Origin: Bacteroidaceae bacterium
Lineage (GTDB): Bacteria; Bacteroidota; Bacteroidia; Bacteroidales; Barnesiellaceae_A
Assembly (NCBI GenBank): GCA_017410245.1
Contig: JAFQRE010000042.1
Location: forward strand, 69,827-133,826
Direction of reading: 5' to 3'
Length of the DNA stretch: 64,000 bases
The notes under the pieces are model-generated. The model worked only from the letters and a program-made list of their open reading frames with translations, made no database searches and was not told the DNA's origin. Below, in pieces: positions 24,877 through 35,974 of this stretch. The position numbers and the translations under genes were made by a program. Position 1 is the first letter of the stretch. Each line of letters opens with the position of its first letter.

Positions 24877-26799
24877 ATGAAGTGTCTTAGATTTTTATGT
24901 ACTATGGTCGTATTGTTGGCTACTATCACGGTAATGGCTAACGAGCAAGACTATATGACATATCATAGTTGTAATTTTGATGCCGAGCTTCCCGAAGACT
25001 ATACCATGTATGATGTAGATGCTCAAACATTGCACTATACGATGGTACAAGCCGGACTCAAACAAGGTGTGGCATGGAATAGAAGAAAAGAGATAGGTAC
25101 ACAAAATTATTATATCGCATCGGCCTGTCGTTATAAAGAGGAGGAAGGTGTAGAGTTGAAGGCCTCGGATAAGTGGCTTGTTACACCTGCCATATGGGTG
25201 AGAGGAAAGGAGGCTAAATTGTCTTGGCAAGGTATGTCGGTGACCAATCGTCTTGAGGTTGGTGCCGGATATGAGATACTTGTGTCAACAACCGGTAACA
25301 CACCGGCCGACTTTACATCTGCTGCTATATATACGGTTGCAGAGGAGTCGTTAGATGAATGGACTCAGCATACAGTCAATCTTGACGAGTATCAAAATCA
25401 ACACATTTATATAGCATTCCATAACAATAGTGCTCAAGGCGAAATTTTGGCTATAGACAATGTTGATGTTACCGGTCATAGAGGAGTATGCGATTTTGTA
25501 GTCACCACACCTACACACTTGTTTGGTTCCAATTCGTTGTATGTAACAGCCTCTATTACCTCATACTCCGATGAGCCTATCAATGATATTCGTGTATCAT
25601 ATACCTACAACGACATGCCCATTACTCAGGAATATATCGACATTAATCTGAGTAAGTATGAGACTTTCGATGTTACATTTGAGCGTCCCATTGAGGTGGC
25701 CAATGGCGATACAGTATCATATAGTGTTGGAGCTATTGTATCGGGTTATGAGCAAGACGAGATAGTGTGCTCAACGGTAGCCTTTATGTTTGAGCCTGAG
25801 CGAAGGGTTGTGATTGAGGAGGGTACCGGTATGTGGTGTACTTATTGTCCTAAGGGTATTGTAGCTATGGATATATTGCACGAGAAGTATCCCGACTCCT
25901 TTATTGGTATTGCAATTCACTATGATGATCCGATGGCTCTTGACGAATACTTCGGAGCTCTTGGCCTGGTGGGACTGCCTTCGGGTTGGATAAACCGCAA
26001 GTATTTATCAGATAACCCTATGGTTCTGGTTGAGAATAATGGCGTGAGTGAGTATGTGGTTGATCAAGGTGGATTTGAAACCTATTTTGTCGAAGAGTTG
26101 AATATTGTGGTACCTACCAATGTAGATATTACATCGGTAGCATACAAAGACAATCAAGTTACTGTCAATACTACAGTGCGATCGGCTATCGATCTCGATA
26201 ACTTGCAGTATCAGTTGGCCTTTGTTGTAATTGAAGAGAATGTATGGCAGGTAGGCTATTATCAGAAGAATGGTTTTGCTGGCAAAGATGTTCTTGTCAA
26301 TGGCTGGGAAAATCGACCTTCTACCGTTACAAGCGATTTTGCATTCAGCCATGTTGCACGAGCTATATATGACGACTATCAAGGTGTAGTAGGAAGTGTT
26401 CCAGAACAATTGTTGGCCGGTGAAGAGTATGAGACAAGTTATACGTTCGATCTGCCTTCAACTATACTTAACTACGATAATGTGCATATTGTTGCCATGC
26501 TTATCGACCTTACCGATGGATCTATTGTTAATGCCGATCAATCGGAGTCTATCACAGCTATAGATGCAACCAAAGTAGTTGCTGAGCCGTATTGCGTATT
26601 ATCGGGCAATTGTATTGATGTTATATTGCCCTCAGCTACACCGGCTACGCTTTCGCTGTACAATACGGTAGGCTCGTTGGTTGCCATGCATACTACAGCC
26701 GGATATAATATGAGCATACCTGCTCCTGCGTCGGGTATCTATGTTGTATCGATTGTACAAGATGGTGTGACAACCAATCATAAAATAGTAGTACCGTAA
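24877..26799 (+). CDS. secreted surface protein with T9SS C-terminal sorting domain
   Basis: An internal ATG gives the signal peptide MKCLRFLCTMVVLLATITVMA. It has an EEGTGMWCTYCPKG motif. The C-terminus is SGIYVVSIVQDGVTTNHKIVVP. Confidence 0.7.
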   Translation: MKCLRFLCTMVVLLATITVMANEQDYMTYHSCNFDAELPEDYTMYDVDAQTLHYTMVQAGLKQGVAWNRRKEIGTQNYYIASACRYKEEEGVELKASDKWLVTPAIWVRGKEAKLSWQGMSVTNRLEVGAGYEILVSTTGNTPADFTSAAIYTVAEESLDEWTQHTVNLDEYQNQHIYIAFHNNSAQGEILAIDNVDVTGHRGVCDFVVTTPTHLFGSNSLYVTASITSYSDEPINDIRVSYTYNDMPITQEYIDINLSKYETFDVTFERPIEVANGDTVSYSVGAIVSGYEQDEIVCSTVAFMFEPERRVVIEEGTGMWCTYCPKGIVAMDILHEKYPDSFIGIAIHYDDPMALDEYFGALGLVGLPSGWINRKYLSDNPMVLVENNGVSEYVVDQGGFETYFVEELNIVVPTNVDITSVAYKDNQVTVNTTVRSAIDLDNLQYQLAFVVIEENVWQVGYYQKNGFAGKDVLVNGWENRPSTVTSDFAFSHVARAIYDDYQGVVGSVPEQLLAGEEYETSYTFDLPSTILNYDNVHIVAMLIDLTDGSIVNADQSESITAIDATKVVAEPYCVLSGNCIDVILPSATPATLSLYNTVGSLVAMHTTAGYNMSIPAPASGIYVVSIVQDGVTTNHKIVVP

Positions 26800-26887
26800 G
26801 AGGGTAGCATATTACTATATAATATAGTGAGTGGCATGCAACGTCGGTGATGGACGATAGCATGCCACTCTTTTATATGATTGATTG

Positions 26888-27391
26888 TCATTTGTAGTCT
26901 TTCAGAATAATCTGTAGTCGTTGTCGTGCGAAGAAAATACGGCTTTTTACGGTGCCCAATGGCAGTTGCATCTTTTCGGCAATTTCGTGGTATTTATAGC
27001 CCTCTATGTGCATTGAGAAGGGGACTCTGTATTCTTCCGAGAAACTATTGATAGCTTTCATAATCTCCTTGACGGTGTAGGAGCCATCGGGTGTGTCGAA
27101 GCCCGACTCTTGAGGAAGGTTGAGGTGAAACAAGTCTTCGGTCTGATCGACAATCGTTTGGCTGCGTACTACACGACGGTAGTTGTTTATAAAGATATTG
27201 CGCATGATGGTAAATACCCACCCCTTGAAGTTTACATTGTCAATATATTTTTCTTCATTATCAAGAGCCTTCAGCGTGGTATCTTGTAGCAGGTCTTGCG
27301 CCTCTTCGCGGTCGGACGTGAGCATATAGGCAAAATTCAATAAATTACTTTGTAAATCGAGGAGCCTTTCTTGAAATTGAGGCGAGTTCAT
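26888..27391 (-). CDS. ECF-type RNA polymerase sigma-70 family factor
   Basis: 167 aa. Region 2 is FKGWVFTIMRNIFINNYRR. Region 4 is GYKYHEIAEKMQLPLGTVKSRIFFARQRL. Confidence 0.85.
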   Translation of the reverse strand: MNSPQFQERLLDLQSNLLNFAYMLTSDREEAQDLLQDTTLKALDNEEKYIDNVNFKGWVFTIMRNIFINNYRRVVRSQTIVDQTEDLFHLNLPQESGFDTPDGSYTVKEIMKAINSFSEEYRVPFSMHIEGYKYHEIAEKMQLPLGTVKSRIFFARQRLQIILKDYK

Positions 27392-27810
27392 ATTGTGTCT
27401 ATTTTGATATAAGTGTTACTTACTGTCGGAGGTAACAGCTTTACTTCGGTCACATTCCGCAGTGACACTTCTCGGCCTCTTGGGCATCTCTTCGTTTTCA
27501 TTGTAATCATATTTGTTTTTACATTTTTTGAGCAAATTGTTATAATATATACTGCTCAAAACACAGTTATATAACAAAGTATATAGCTAAAAGTTCCATG
27601 CCTACACGTTTTTTCTGAAAATTGATGGTAGAAATTCTATCTTAGTTCTAAAAACAATGACTTTTCAGTAACAAATATTGGTCATCGTTGCATCTTCTAC
27701 AATAGAAGCGAGAGTATAATGAAGATATTTTTTTTATATAACTATCTATTGTGGTCGTGTGTTTTTGATACAAAATCATTAATTTTGTCTGCTCGATATT
27801 GCGAGTATGA

Positions 27811-30039
27811 ATGAAAGTAAATAATAGTGAAATGGATAATAAAGATATAGTAACGGCTACATTTCCTGTACTCAATATGGCTTGTGCAGCGTGTTCGGCG
27901 GCAGTGGAACAGACATTGCAAAAGCAGAAGGGTGTAGCAGAAGCTACAGTCAATCTTGCAGCGGCACAGGCTCGCGTGGTGTATGATGCAAGAGTCACTT
28001 CACCTCGCAAGTTGGCTAAGGCTGTAAAGTCGGCAGGATTTGTACTTGTAGAGCCATCGGACAATAATGCCGATGTAGTAGCGGGTTATCATCGCGACAA
28101 AGCCCGTCGATGGCGTGTGCGTATGGTAGGCTCTCTGTTGTTTTTCTTGCCGTTGATGGTTTTATCGATGTACATGCCCAACATACCTTATCTGCATTAT
28201 ATCCTTTGGGCATTGGCAACGCCGGTATTGTTTGGTTTTGGTATCGATTTTTTCAAGGGAGCTTGGCAGCAGGCTTGTCATGGTCGTGCCAACATGGATA
28301 CTCTTGTTGCCGTCAGTACTTCAGTTGCCTATATATTTAGTGTATTCAATACATTGTTTCCCGAGTATTGGTTGCAACGAGGATTGGAGCCCCATGTCTA
28401 TTTTGAGGCATCGGCAGGTATTATTGCTTTTGTGTCAATAGGCAAGATGCTTGAGGAACGAGCCAAAGATAATACGACCGCAGCCATATCGAAGTTGATG
28501 GGGTTGCAACCCAATGAAGTGGTGCGTGTAGCCCCAAGTGGCGATATGGAAACTATTGCTATAGCATCGGTAGTTGTGGGTGATTGTCTTGTAGCTCGTC
28601 CCGGCGAACGTATTGCGGTAGATGGGGTGGTGGATAGAGGTATGTCGTATGTCGATGAGAGTATGCTTACCGGTGAGCCAATGCCGATTTCCAAACAGAG
28701 TGGTGACACATTGTATGCAGGAACGCTCAATGGCAAAGGTGTGCTATACTATGTGGCTCGTAAGACTGGAGATGCAACATTGTTGTCGCAGATAATACGT
28801 GTGGTGCAAGATGCTCAAGGTAGTAAAGCTCCGGTACAAAGATTGGTTGATAAGGTTGCATCGGTGTTTGTCCCTGTTGTAATGTCTATTGCTATTATAG
28901 CCTTTGTAGTGTGGCTGTTGGTAGGTGGCGAAGGGGCATTTTCGCATGCTCTCATGGCCTTTGTTACAGTACTTGTGATAGCCTGTCCATGTGCCTTGGG
29001 TCTGGCTACACCAACAGCTATAACAGTAGGTATAGGTAAGGCTGCTCAGCAAGGTATTCTCATCAAGAATGCCGATGCTTTAGAGAGTGCCTGTCGTGTT
29101 ACTGCGATAGTGCTCGATAAGACCGGTACCATAACCGAAGGGCGTCCGGCTGTAGTACATAGTCGTTGGGACGATGAGACTGTTGCCAAGCGTGTATTGT
29201 ATGCTGTAGAAAAACACTCAGAACACCCTCTGGCGCAGGCTATAGTAGCTCATTTGCACATAGATGAAGTGTGCGCGGTAACCGACTTTGAGTCGTTGCC
29301 CGGTAGAGGTGTGAAGGCCAGTGTCGATACAGTGCGATATTTCATTGGCAATCGTCGCCTGTTGGAAGAGCTAGGAATAGCTATTCCCGACGATTGGCAA
29401 GAGGAGGCCTGCCGATGGGAGAAAGAAGCCAATAGTGTGGTGTGGCTTGCCTCAACAGAGCGTGTCATGGCAGTACTTGCCATATCCGACCCGCTGAAAG
29501 CTACATCGCAACAGGCTGTTGCGCACCTTCATGCCGAGGGGTTAAAGGTATATATGCTCACCGGAGATAATGCTTCAACAGCTCATGCAGTAGCCCATAA
29601 CGTAGGTATTGAATATGTTGAGGCCGGAGTGTTGCCCGAACAAAAAGCCGGTTTTGTGAAATCCTTGCAAGAGCAAGGCGAGGTGGTAGCTATGATAGGT
29701 GATGGTATTAATGACTCGGCAGCATTGGCTCAAGCCGATGTGAGCATAGCAATGGGGCAGGGTAGTGATATTGCTATGGACGTGGCCGGTATGACCATTA
29801 TATCGAGCGACTTAACCCATATAGCACAAGCCATACACATTTCGAGACAGACGGTTACAACAATTCGCCAAAATCTTTTCTGGGCTTTTATATACAACAT
29901 CGTAGGCATTCCCATTGCTGCAGGAGTACTCTATCCGGTGTGTGGATTTCTACTCAACCCTATGATTGCAAGTGCTGCGATGGCATTGAGTAGTGTGAGT
30001 GTCGTGAGCAATAGTTTGCGATTGAAATGGAAAAAATAA
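27811..30039 (+). CDS. copA: copper-translocating P1B-type ATPase
   Basis: N-terminal HMA domain with MACAACSAAVE, the CPC motif (IACPCALGLATP), DKTGTIT and GDGINDS. An alternative start is at 27832. Confidence 0.9.
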   Translation: MKVNNSEMDNKDIVTATFPVLNMACAACSAAVEQTLQKQKGVAEATVNLAAAQARVVYDARVTSPRKLAKAVKSAGFVLVEPSDNNADVVAGYHRDKARRWRVRMVGSLLFFLPLMVLSMYMPNIPYLHYILWALATPVLFGFGIDFFKGAWQQACHGRANMDTLVAVSTSVAYIFSVFNTLFPEYWLQRGLEPHVYFEASAGIIAFVSIGKMLEERAKDNTTAAISKLMGLQPNEVVRVAPSGDMETIAIASVVVGDCLVARPGERIAVDGVVDRGMSYVDESMLTGEPMPISKQSGDTLYAGTLNGKGVLYYVARKTGDATLLSQIIRVVQDAQGSKAPVQRLVDKVASVFVPVVMSIAIIAFVVWLLVGGEGAFSHALMAFVTVLVIACPCALGLATPTAITVGIGKAAQQGILIKNADALESACRVTAIVLDKTGTITEGRPAVVHSRWDDETVAKRVLYAVEKHSEHPLAQAIVAHLHIDEVCAVTDFESLPGRGVKASVDTVRYFIGNRRLLEELGIAIPDDWQEEACRWEKEANSVVWLASTERVMAVLAISDPLKATSQQAVAHLHAEGLKVYMLTGDNASTAHAVAHNVGIEYVEAGVLPEQKAGFVKSLQEQGEVVAMIGDGINDSAALAQADVSIAMGQGSDIAMDVAGMTIISSDLTHIAQAIHISRQTVTTIRQNLFWAFIYNIVGIPIAAGVLYPVCGFLLNPMIASAAMALSSVSVVSNSLRLKWKK

Positions 30040-30058
30040 ACATCAAAATATTATCAGT

Positions 30059-30319
30059 ATGAAATGGAACGCTATTTTTGACAAACTTACCGGCAAGCAG
30101 GCCGAAGATCCCAATGCATGGCATTTTCGCACAAGCATTATGTGCAACGGCTGTATTGCCAAGATAACTCCGGTGCTCGATGGAGCCGAAGGCATAGCAT
30201 CGTGGAAAGTTGCACTCGATACCCCCGACCGTGTGCTTACTGTCGTACCCGATGGCATATCGGAAGAGGAGTTGATGGCACTCGTGCGTGGTGCCGGTTT
30301 TACCATCGAACATATGTGA
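30059..30319 (+). CDS. heavy-metal-associated (HMA) domain protein, CopZ-like
   Basis: 86 aa with a MCNGC (CxxC) metal site. Directly downstream of copA. Confidence 0.65.
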   Translation: MKWNAIFDKLTGKQAEDPNAWHFRTSIMCNGCIAKITPVLDGAEGIASWKVALDTPDRVLTVVPDGISEEELMALVRGAGFTIEHM

Positions 30320-30490
30320 TACGACAAGTATGTAGCCTCAACACTATTTTGCCGGCGAAATACTTGCTAATAACAAGAATAATTGTGATATTCGCCTTGT
30401 GAAGTGTGTAGTGTAGCGAATATAGATTCATATGCACACAGAAGTCTTCCAAAAACATAAAAAAGTATAAACGTAAATATTGTAAAAACT

Positions 30491-30670
30491 ATGGAAACAA
30501 AAGAAAAAGTATTGGCAGTAATGAAAGAGGCAGGTACTCCGTTGAATGCCGGTAAGATAGCCGAGCTAAGTGGCCTTGACCGCAAAGAGGTGGACAAAGC
30601 CATGAAACAATTGAAAGACGAAGGTGCTATCGTATCGCCCGTTCGTTGTAAATGGGCTCCTGCCGAGTAA
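30491..30670 (+). CDS. small winged-helix-like DNA-binding protein (59 aa, below the ORF-track cutoff)
   Basis: My own translation is [59 protein letters not shown]. It is followed by a 12-bp hairpin (AATAGCGAGTGG...CCACTCGCTATT). Confidence 0.45.
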   Translation: METKEKVLAVMKEAGTPLNAGKIAELSGLDRKEVDKAMKQLKDEGAIVSPVRCKWAPAE

Positions 30671-30947
30671 TCGCATTCTTAGCACAAGAGTAATAGCGAG
30701 TGGGATAGTTTGCAACCACTCGCTATTGTTGCACTTATTGTATCTATTGCAAGTCAAGACACAAGGGTGGGCAGTCTTGCAATTGTATGTCGGCAGCTCG
30801 ATGAGGTTGGGTGGTTGCGATAAGATAAATAAAATGAGGATTAAAATTTGCTTTATTCGCCCAATGAGTGTAACTTTGCACAGCAAAGTGCCCAAGAGGG
30901 TGCCGAAACTATTCTGAAGATAATAATTAACCTTAAATAAATCAGAC

Positions 30948-32372
30948 ATGAAAGAGACTGAATTTCGCATTGAGAGCGACTTGCTCGGTGCACGTGAAAT
31001 TCCCGCAGATGCTTTGTACGGCGTACAAACACTTCGTGGTATTGAGAACTTCCCCATCAGCAAGTTCCATTTAAATGAATATCCCAAGTTTATCAACGGT
31101 CTTGCCATCACCAAGATGGCTGCAGCTATGGCCAACCATCAGTTGGGTCTGCTCACTGACGAGCAAGCCAATGCCATCATCGCAGCTTGTAAGGAGATAC
31201 TTGATGGCCAACACCACGATCAATTCCCCATCGATATGATTCAAGGTGGTGCCGGTACAACAACCAACATGAATGCCAATGAGGTAATTGCCAACCGCGC
31301 ACTCGACCTCATGGGACACAAACGTGGTGAGTTCCAATACTGCTCGCCCAACGACCATGTAAACTGTGCCCAATCGACCAATGACGCATATCCCACTGCT
31401 ATTCACGTAGGTCTTTACTACTCACACCAAGAGTTTATGCCCCACTTGCAACGCCTCATCGATGCCCTCAACAAGAAAGGTGACGAAATGGCTCACGTAA
31501 TAAAGATGGGTCGTACTCAATTGCAAGATGCAGTGCCCATGACTTTGGGTCAAACTTTCCACGGTTTTGCAAGCATTCTTACCGATGAGATTGCACACCT
31601 CAACCACGCTGCCGAGGACTTCCTCACAGTGAACATGGGTGCAACAGCCATTGGTACCGGTATCTGTGCTGAGCCCGGATATGCCGAGAAGTGTGTAAAA
31701 GCTATGTGCGACATCACAGGTCTTGAGTTTAAACTCTCGGGCGACCTCGTTGGTGCTACTTCCGATACTTCTTGCATGGTAGGCTATGCTTCGGCATTGA
31801 AACGCCTTGCTGTGAAAGTAAACAAAATCTGTAACGACCTTCGTTTGCTCGCTTGTGGTCCTCGTTGCGGTTTGGCTGAGTTTAACTTGCCTCCTATGCA
31901 ACCCGGTTCATCTATCATGCCCGGTAAGGTTAATCCCGTTATCCCCGAGGTTATGAGCCAAATCTGCTACAAAGTTATGGGTAACGAATTGTGCGTAACT
32001 ATGGCCGGTGACTCTGCTCAAATGGAGTTGAATGCTATGGAGCCTGTTATGGCACAATGCTGCTTCGAGTCAATAGACTTGATGCGCAACGGTTTCGACA
32101 CTCTTGTTACTCGTTGTATCGAGGGTATCACTCCCAACGAAGAGCGTTGTCGCACTATGGTACACAACAGTATTGGTATCGTTACAGCTCTTAACCCCGT
32201 TATCGGTTACAAGAACTCAACCAAGATTGCCAAAGAGGCTCTCGAAACAGGTCGCAGCGTATATGATCTCGTTCTCGAACACGACATCATCACCAAAGAA
32301 GAGCTCGACACTATCCTCAGCCCCGAGAATATGTTGCACCCCGTTAAGTTTGACATCAAGCCCAAACACTAA
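30948..32372 (+). CDS. aspA: aspartate ammonia-lyase
   Basis: 474 aa. It has the GSSIMPGKVNP signature and an N-terminus (FRIESDLLGAREIPADALYGVQTLRGIENFPIS) typical of AspA. Confidence 0.85.
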   Translation: MKETEFRIESDLLGAREIPADALYGVQTLRGIENFPISKFHLNEYPKFINGLAITKMAAAMANHQLGLLTDEQANAIIAACKEILDGQHHDQFPIDMIQGGAGTTTNMNANEVIANRALDLMGHKRGEFQYCSPNDHVNCAQSTNDAYPTAIHVGLYYSHQEFMPHLQRLIDALNKKGDEMAHVIKMGRTQLQDAVPMTLGQTFHGFASILTDEIAHLNHAAEDFLTVNMGATAIGTGICAEPGYAEKCVKAMCDITGLEFKLSGDLVGATSDTSCMVGYASALKRLAVKVNKICNDLRLLACGPRCGLAEFNLPPMQPGSSIMPGKVNPVIPEVMSQICYKVMGNELCVTMAGDSAQMELNAMEPVMAQCCFESIDLMRNGFDTLVTRCIEGITPNEERCRTMVHNSIGIVTALNPVIGYKNSTKIAKEALETGRSVYDLVLEHDIITKEELDTILSPENMLHPVKFDIKPKH

Positions 32373-32644
32373 TCGTTTGAGACAGATAATAGACATCGGC
32401 AGTCCTCATGAGGGAACTGCCGATGTTGTTTTATAGATATTGATATTGTTGTGCAAGTTGATAGCGCTCGTCTCTATAGAACTGCGGGTGTGAGTATATG
32501 GGTGAATGTGTAAATTTCTAATCAAAATCTTGTTATAATAAGATTAACAATTTAACACATCATATATTTACTTTTTTTCTTAACTTTGCATGATTATATT
32601 GCCTCATAAGCGGGCAATGTAGTCGTGAGTGGACCAAAAGTATT

Positions 32645-34972
32645 ATGATAGACCAGCATACCATAGATCGCATACTCGATGCTGCCAATATTGTGGAGGT
32701 GGTATCGGACTTTGTTACGTTGCGCCGTCGTGGTGCCAACTATGTGGGTCTGTGTCCTTTTCACGACGAAAAGACACCATCTTTTTCGGTGTCGCCGGCT
32801 CGTGGTATATGCAAGTGTTTCAGTTGCGGCAAGGGTGGCAACTCGGTGCATTTCTTGATGGAGCATGAGCAGATTTCGTACTACGAAGCACTGAAGTATT
32901 TAGCCCGCAAATACAATATTGAAATACAAGAGAAGCAACTCACCGAGGAGGAGAAGCAACGCAAGACCGAACGTGAGAGTATGCTCATTGTCAATGACTT
33001 CGCTCAGAAATTTTTTGCTACCAATCTTCTTGAAAATGCCGAAGGCCGTTCGATAGGACTTGGCTACTTCCGTGAGCGCGGTTTTGGTGAAGATATTATC
33101 AATAAATTTGGCCTTGGTTATTCGCCCGAGCAACGCGATGCCTTGGCTAAAGAGGCTTTACGCCGGGGGTACAAGAAAGAGTATCTCTTAAAGACCGGAT
33201 TGTGTCTCGAGTCGCAACAAGGTTCGCTTTACGACCGTTACAAAGGTCGCGTCATTTTCCCCATACATAGTTTGTCGGGTAAGGTGATAGCCTTTGGTGG
33301 CCGTATCTTGAAGAAAGACGATAAAGCTGCCAAGTATGTCAATTCGCCCGAGTCGGAGGTATATCACAAGAGCGATGTGCTATATGGCATCTATCATGCC
33401 AAGCAGGCTATTGTGAAGAACGACTTCTGCTATCTGGTAGAGGGGTATACCGATGTGCTGTCGATGCATCAGGCCGGTATAGAGAATGTAGTGGCATCAT
33501 CGGGTACTTCGCTTACGCCCGGTCAGATACGTCTTATACACCGTTTTACCAACAACATCACTGTACTGTACGATGGCGATGCAGCCGGTATCAAAGCATC
33601 GATGCGTGGTATCGACCTCATCTTGCAAGAGGGTATGAACATCAAAGTCGTGCTATTGCCCGATGGTGACGACCCCGACTCTTTCTCAAAGAAGCAGAGT
33701 GCTACCGACTTTACTGCATATATAAAGGCTCATGAGACCGATTTTATACGGTTCAAGACCAACTTACTACTCGAAGGTGCCGGTAATGATCCTATCAAGC
33801 GTGCTACCCTCATAGGCGATATAGTGCGTTCTATTGCTATCATTCCCGACAATATATTGCGATCTGTATATGTGCAAGATTGTGCTCGCCTGCTTGCTGT
33901 AGACGAGGAGATGTTGCTGCGCGAAGTAAACAATATACGTCGCGATAAGCGCGAGCAAGAGATAGCCACCGAGTCCATAAAGAGCCGGCAGATGCGTGAA
34001 AGGCAAAACTATCCCGAGCCCACCTATCCGCAGCACCCCGGTGCGACAGCCGATACCTCTGCCGTAGCATCTCCTACTGAGGTCCCTCTTGCGGTAGGTA
34101 TGCAACATTACACACCCTCCGAGAATGAGCCTCAACAACCTCTCGACCAATATAGCGAGCCATTGCCTCCTGCCGATGAGCCTATGCCCGACAATCGACC
34201 GGTGAGTGTCAATCTGCCGGCGATGAGCAAGGAGGAGAAGATTATAATAGAATGTGAGCGTACATTGGTGCGCTACATCTTGCGCTATGGTTATGCCAAA
34301 CTTACTCAACTCGACGAGAATGGACAGCCATCGGAGTGTGAAGTGTTGGATTACATCACACAGGAACTTGCTGCCGATGATGTAGTATTGTCGCACCCGC
34401 TATACGCACGCCTCTTGAGCGAGGCTTGTCAGATCGATCGCGAACTTGCCCGTCAATATGGCGATATGAAGCAGGAACAGAGTTTGCCTCGACTGCGCGA
34501 AGCACTGCAAGTGCAACTCGATGAAATACATAGCAAGGAAGAGGTAGATGAAAAATTGCTGAAGATGGCCGAAGAGCGTTTCTTGGCAGCTTGCGAAGCA
34601 GTGCGTTATGAGGCCGAAATATCTTATATTGGTCACACCTTTATCAATAGCCCCGACATGGAGCTAAGTTCCCAAGCGATAGAATTGATGAGCGACCGAC
34701 ATCAACTCAGCAAGATACATACCAAATATCAGGTTGTCGAACGTGATATAGATCGCCTCAACGAACTCATACCCAGAGCTGTATTTGAGTTGAAAGATGC
34801 CATTATTATGCGACGCATAGCAGGCTTGCGTGGTGTGTTGCGTGATATGCAGGCCCATCATGCCGAGGACCAAATGATCAATGTCTTGGAGGAGATAGCC
34901 CATTATATGGAGGTACGCAAGAACTTAGCCGTATATTTGGGCGAAAGAATAGTCCCGGCAAAGACCAAGTAG
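32645..34972 (+). CDS. dnaG: DNA primase
   Basis: CHC2 zinc finger CPFHDEKTPSFSV...CFSCGKGG and Toprim motifs EGYTDV and YDGDAAG. A -7 box TAACTTTG is at 32581. Confidence 0.9.
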   Translation: MIDQHTIDRILDAANIVEVVSDFVTLRRRGANYVGLCPFHDEKTPSFSVSPARGICKCFSCGKGGNSVHFLMEHEQISYYEALKYLARKYNIEIQEKQLTEEEKQRKTERESMLIVNDFAQKFFATNLLENAEGRSIGLGYFRERGFGEDIINKFGLGYSPEQRDALAKEALRRGYKKEYLLKTGLCLESQQGSLYDRYKGRVIFPIHSLSGKVIAFGGRILKKDDKAAKYVNSPESEVYHKSDVLYGIYHAKQAIVKNDFCYLVEGYTDVLSMHQAGIENVVASSGTSLTPGQIRLIHRFTNNITVLYDGDAAGIKASMRGIDLILQEGMNIKVVLLPDGDDPDSFSKKQSATDFTAYIKAHETDFIRFKTNLLLEGAGNDPIKRATLIGDIVRSIAIIPDNILRSVYVQDCARLLAVDEEMLLREVNNIRRDKREQEIATESIKSRQMRERQNYPEPTYPQHPGATADTSAVASPTEVPLAVGMQHYTPSENEPQQPLDQYSEPLPPADEPMPDNRPVSVNLPAMSKEEKIIIECERTLVRYILRYGYAKLTQLDENGQPSECEVLDYITQELAADDVVLSHPLYARLLSEACQIDRELARQYGDMKQEQSLPRLREALQVQLDEIHSKEEVDEKLLKMAEERFLAACEAVRYEAEISYIGHTFINSPDMELSSQAIELMSDRHQLSKIHTKYQVVERDIDRLNELIPRAVFELKDAIIMRRIAGLRGVLRDMQAHHAEDQMINVLEEIAHYMEVRKNLAVYLGERIVPAKTK

Positions 34973-35002
34973 ACAACTGTATAACAACAAATATATAGAA
35001 CT

Positions 35003-35938
35003 ATGTACTATTTAGAAGCAAGAAACATCGTAAAACAATATGCCTCGCACAAGGCACTCGACGATGTTACTGTGCGAGTGCCCGAAAATCACATATACGG
35101 ATTGTTGGGGCCTAATGGCGCAGGAAAAACTACGCTCATACGTATCATCAATCACATAACCGGTCCCGATAGTGGAGAGGTATATATCAACGGCCGGTTA
35201 TCAGTACCCTCTGATGTAGAAAATATAGGTTATTTGCCCGAAGAGCGTGGCTTGTATAAGAAAATGAAAGTTGGCGAGCAATTACTATATCTGGCTCGTC
35301 TCAAAGGCTTGTCGCGCAACGATGCCAAGCAACAAATAAAACATTGGTTGGGTAAGTTTGACATTCAGGAATGGGAAAAGAAGAAAGTAGAGGAACTGTC
35401 GAAAGGTATGCAACAAAAAATACAGTTTATCGCAACAGTTATTCATCGCCCCAAACTGCTTATCTTTGATGAACCTTTCAGTGGATTTGACCCCGTTAAT
35501 GCCAACTTGCTCAAGAACGAAATACTCGAGTTGCGCAACCAAGGTGCTACTATTATCTTTTCTACCCACAACATGAGTTCGGTAGAGGAAATATGTGATG
35601 AGATAACCCTTATCAATCGTTCTCGCGCCGTATTGCAGGGAGAAATCAATGCCATACGACAGGCGCACAAGAAGCACTTGTTTAAAGTAGCGTATTCGCA
35701 CGATACTACTATCCCGGGTTATACACTCCGCAGTAACGACATCTATCAAGTGATGGAGTACGGACAGGCCGGAGGTTGCAATACCGCCATTGTGCGCAAG
35801 TGTGATGCCTCGACTACTAATAACGAACTTATTGCAGCTATGATGCGCGAATGTCAGTTGAATACATTCGAGGAGATACTTCCCTCGATGAACGAAATAT
35901 TCATCGACACCGTTGGTGAGCCTGTCAATAAAGATTAA
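35003..35938 (+). CDS. ABC transporter ATP-binding protein (ABC-2 type)
   Basis: Walker A GPNGAGKTT, signature LSKGMQQK, Walker B LLIFDEP. Confidence 0.85.
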   Translation: MYYLEARNIVKQYASHKALDDVTVRVPENHIYGLLGPNGAGKTTLIRIINHITGPDSGEVYINGRLSVPSDVENIGYLPEERGLYKKMKVGEQLLYLARLKGLSRNDAKQQIKHWLGKFDIQEWEKKKVEELSKGMQQKIQFIATVIHRPKLLIFDEPFSGFDPVNANLLKNEILELRNQGATIIFSTHNMSSVEEICDEITLINRSRAVLQGEINAIRQAHKKHLFKVAYSHDTTIPGYTLRSNDIYQVMEYGQAGGCNTAIVRKCDASTTNNELIAAMMRECQLNTFEEILPSMNEIFIDTVGEPVNKD

Positions 35939-35974
35939 TAACACCCTTTGTTCAACTCTATATCTATTGCGAAT

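Noticed and set aside
33960-34230. Pro/Gln/Glu-rich low-complexity insert in DnaG
   Set aside because: A linker of this kind between the Toprim and C-terminal domains is common in long Bacteroidota primases, and the frame is intact.
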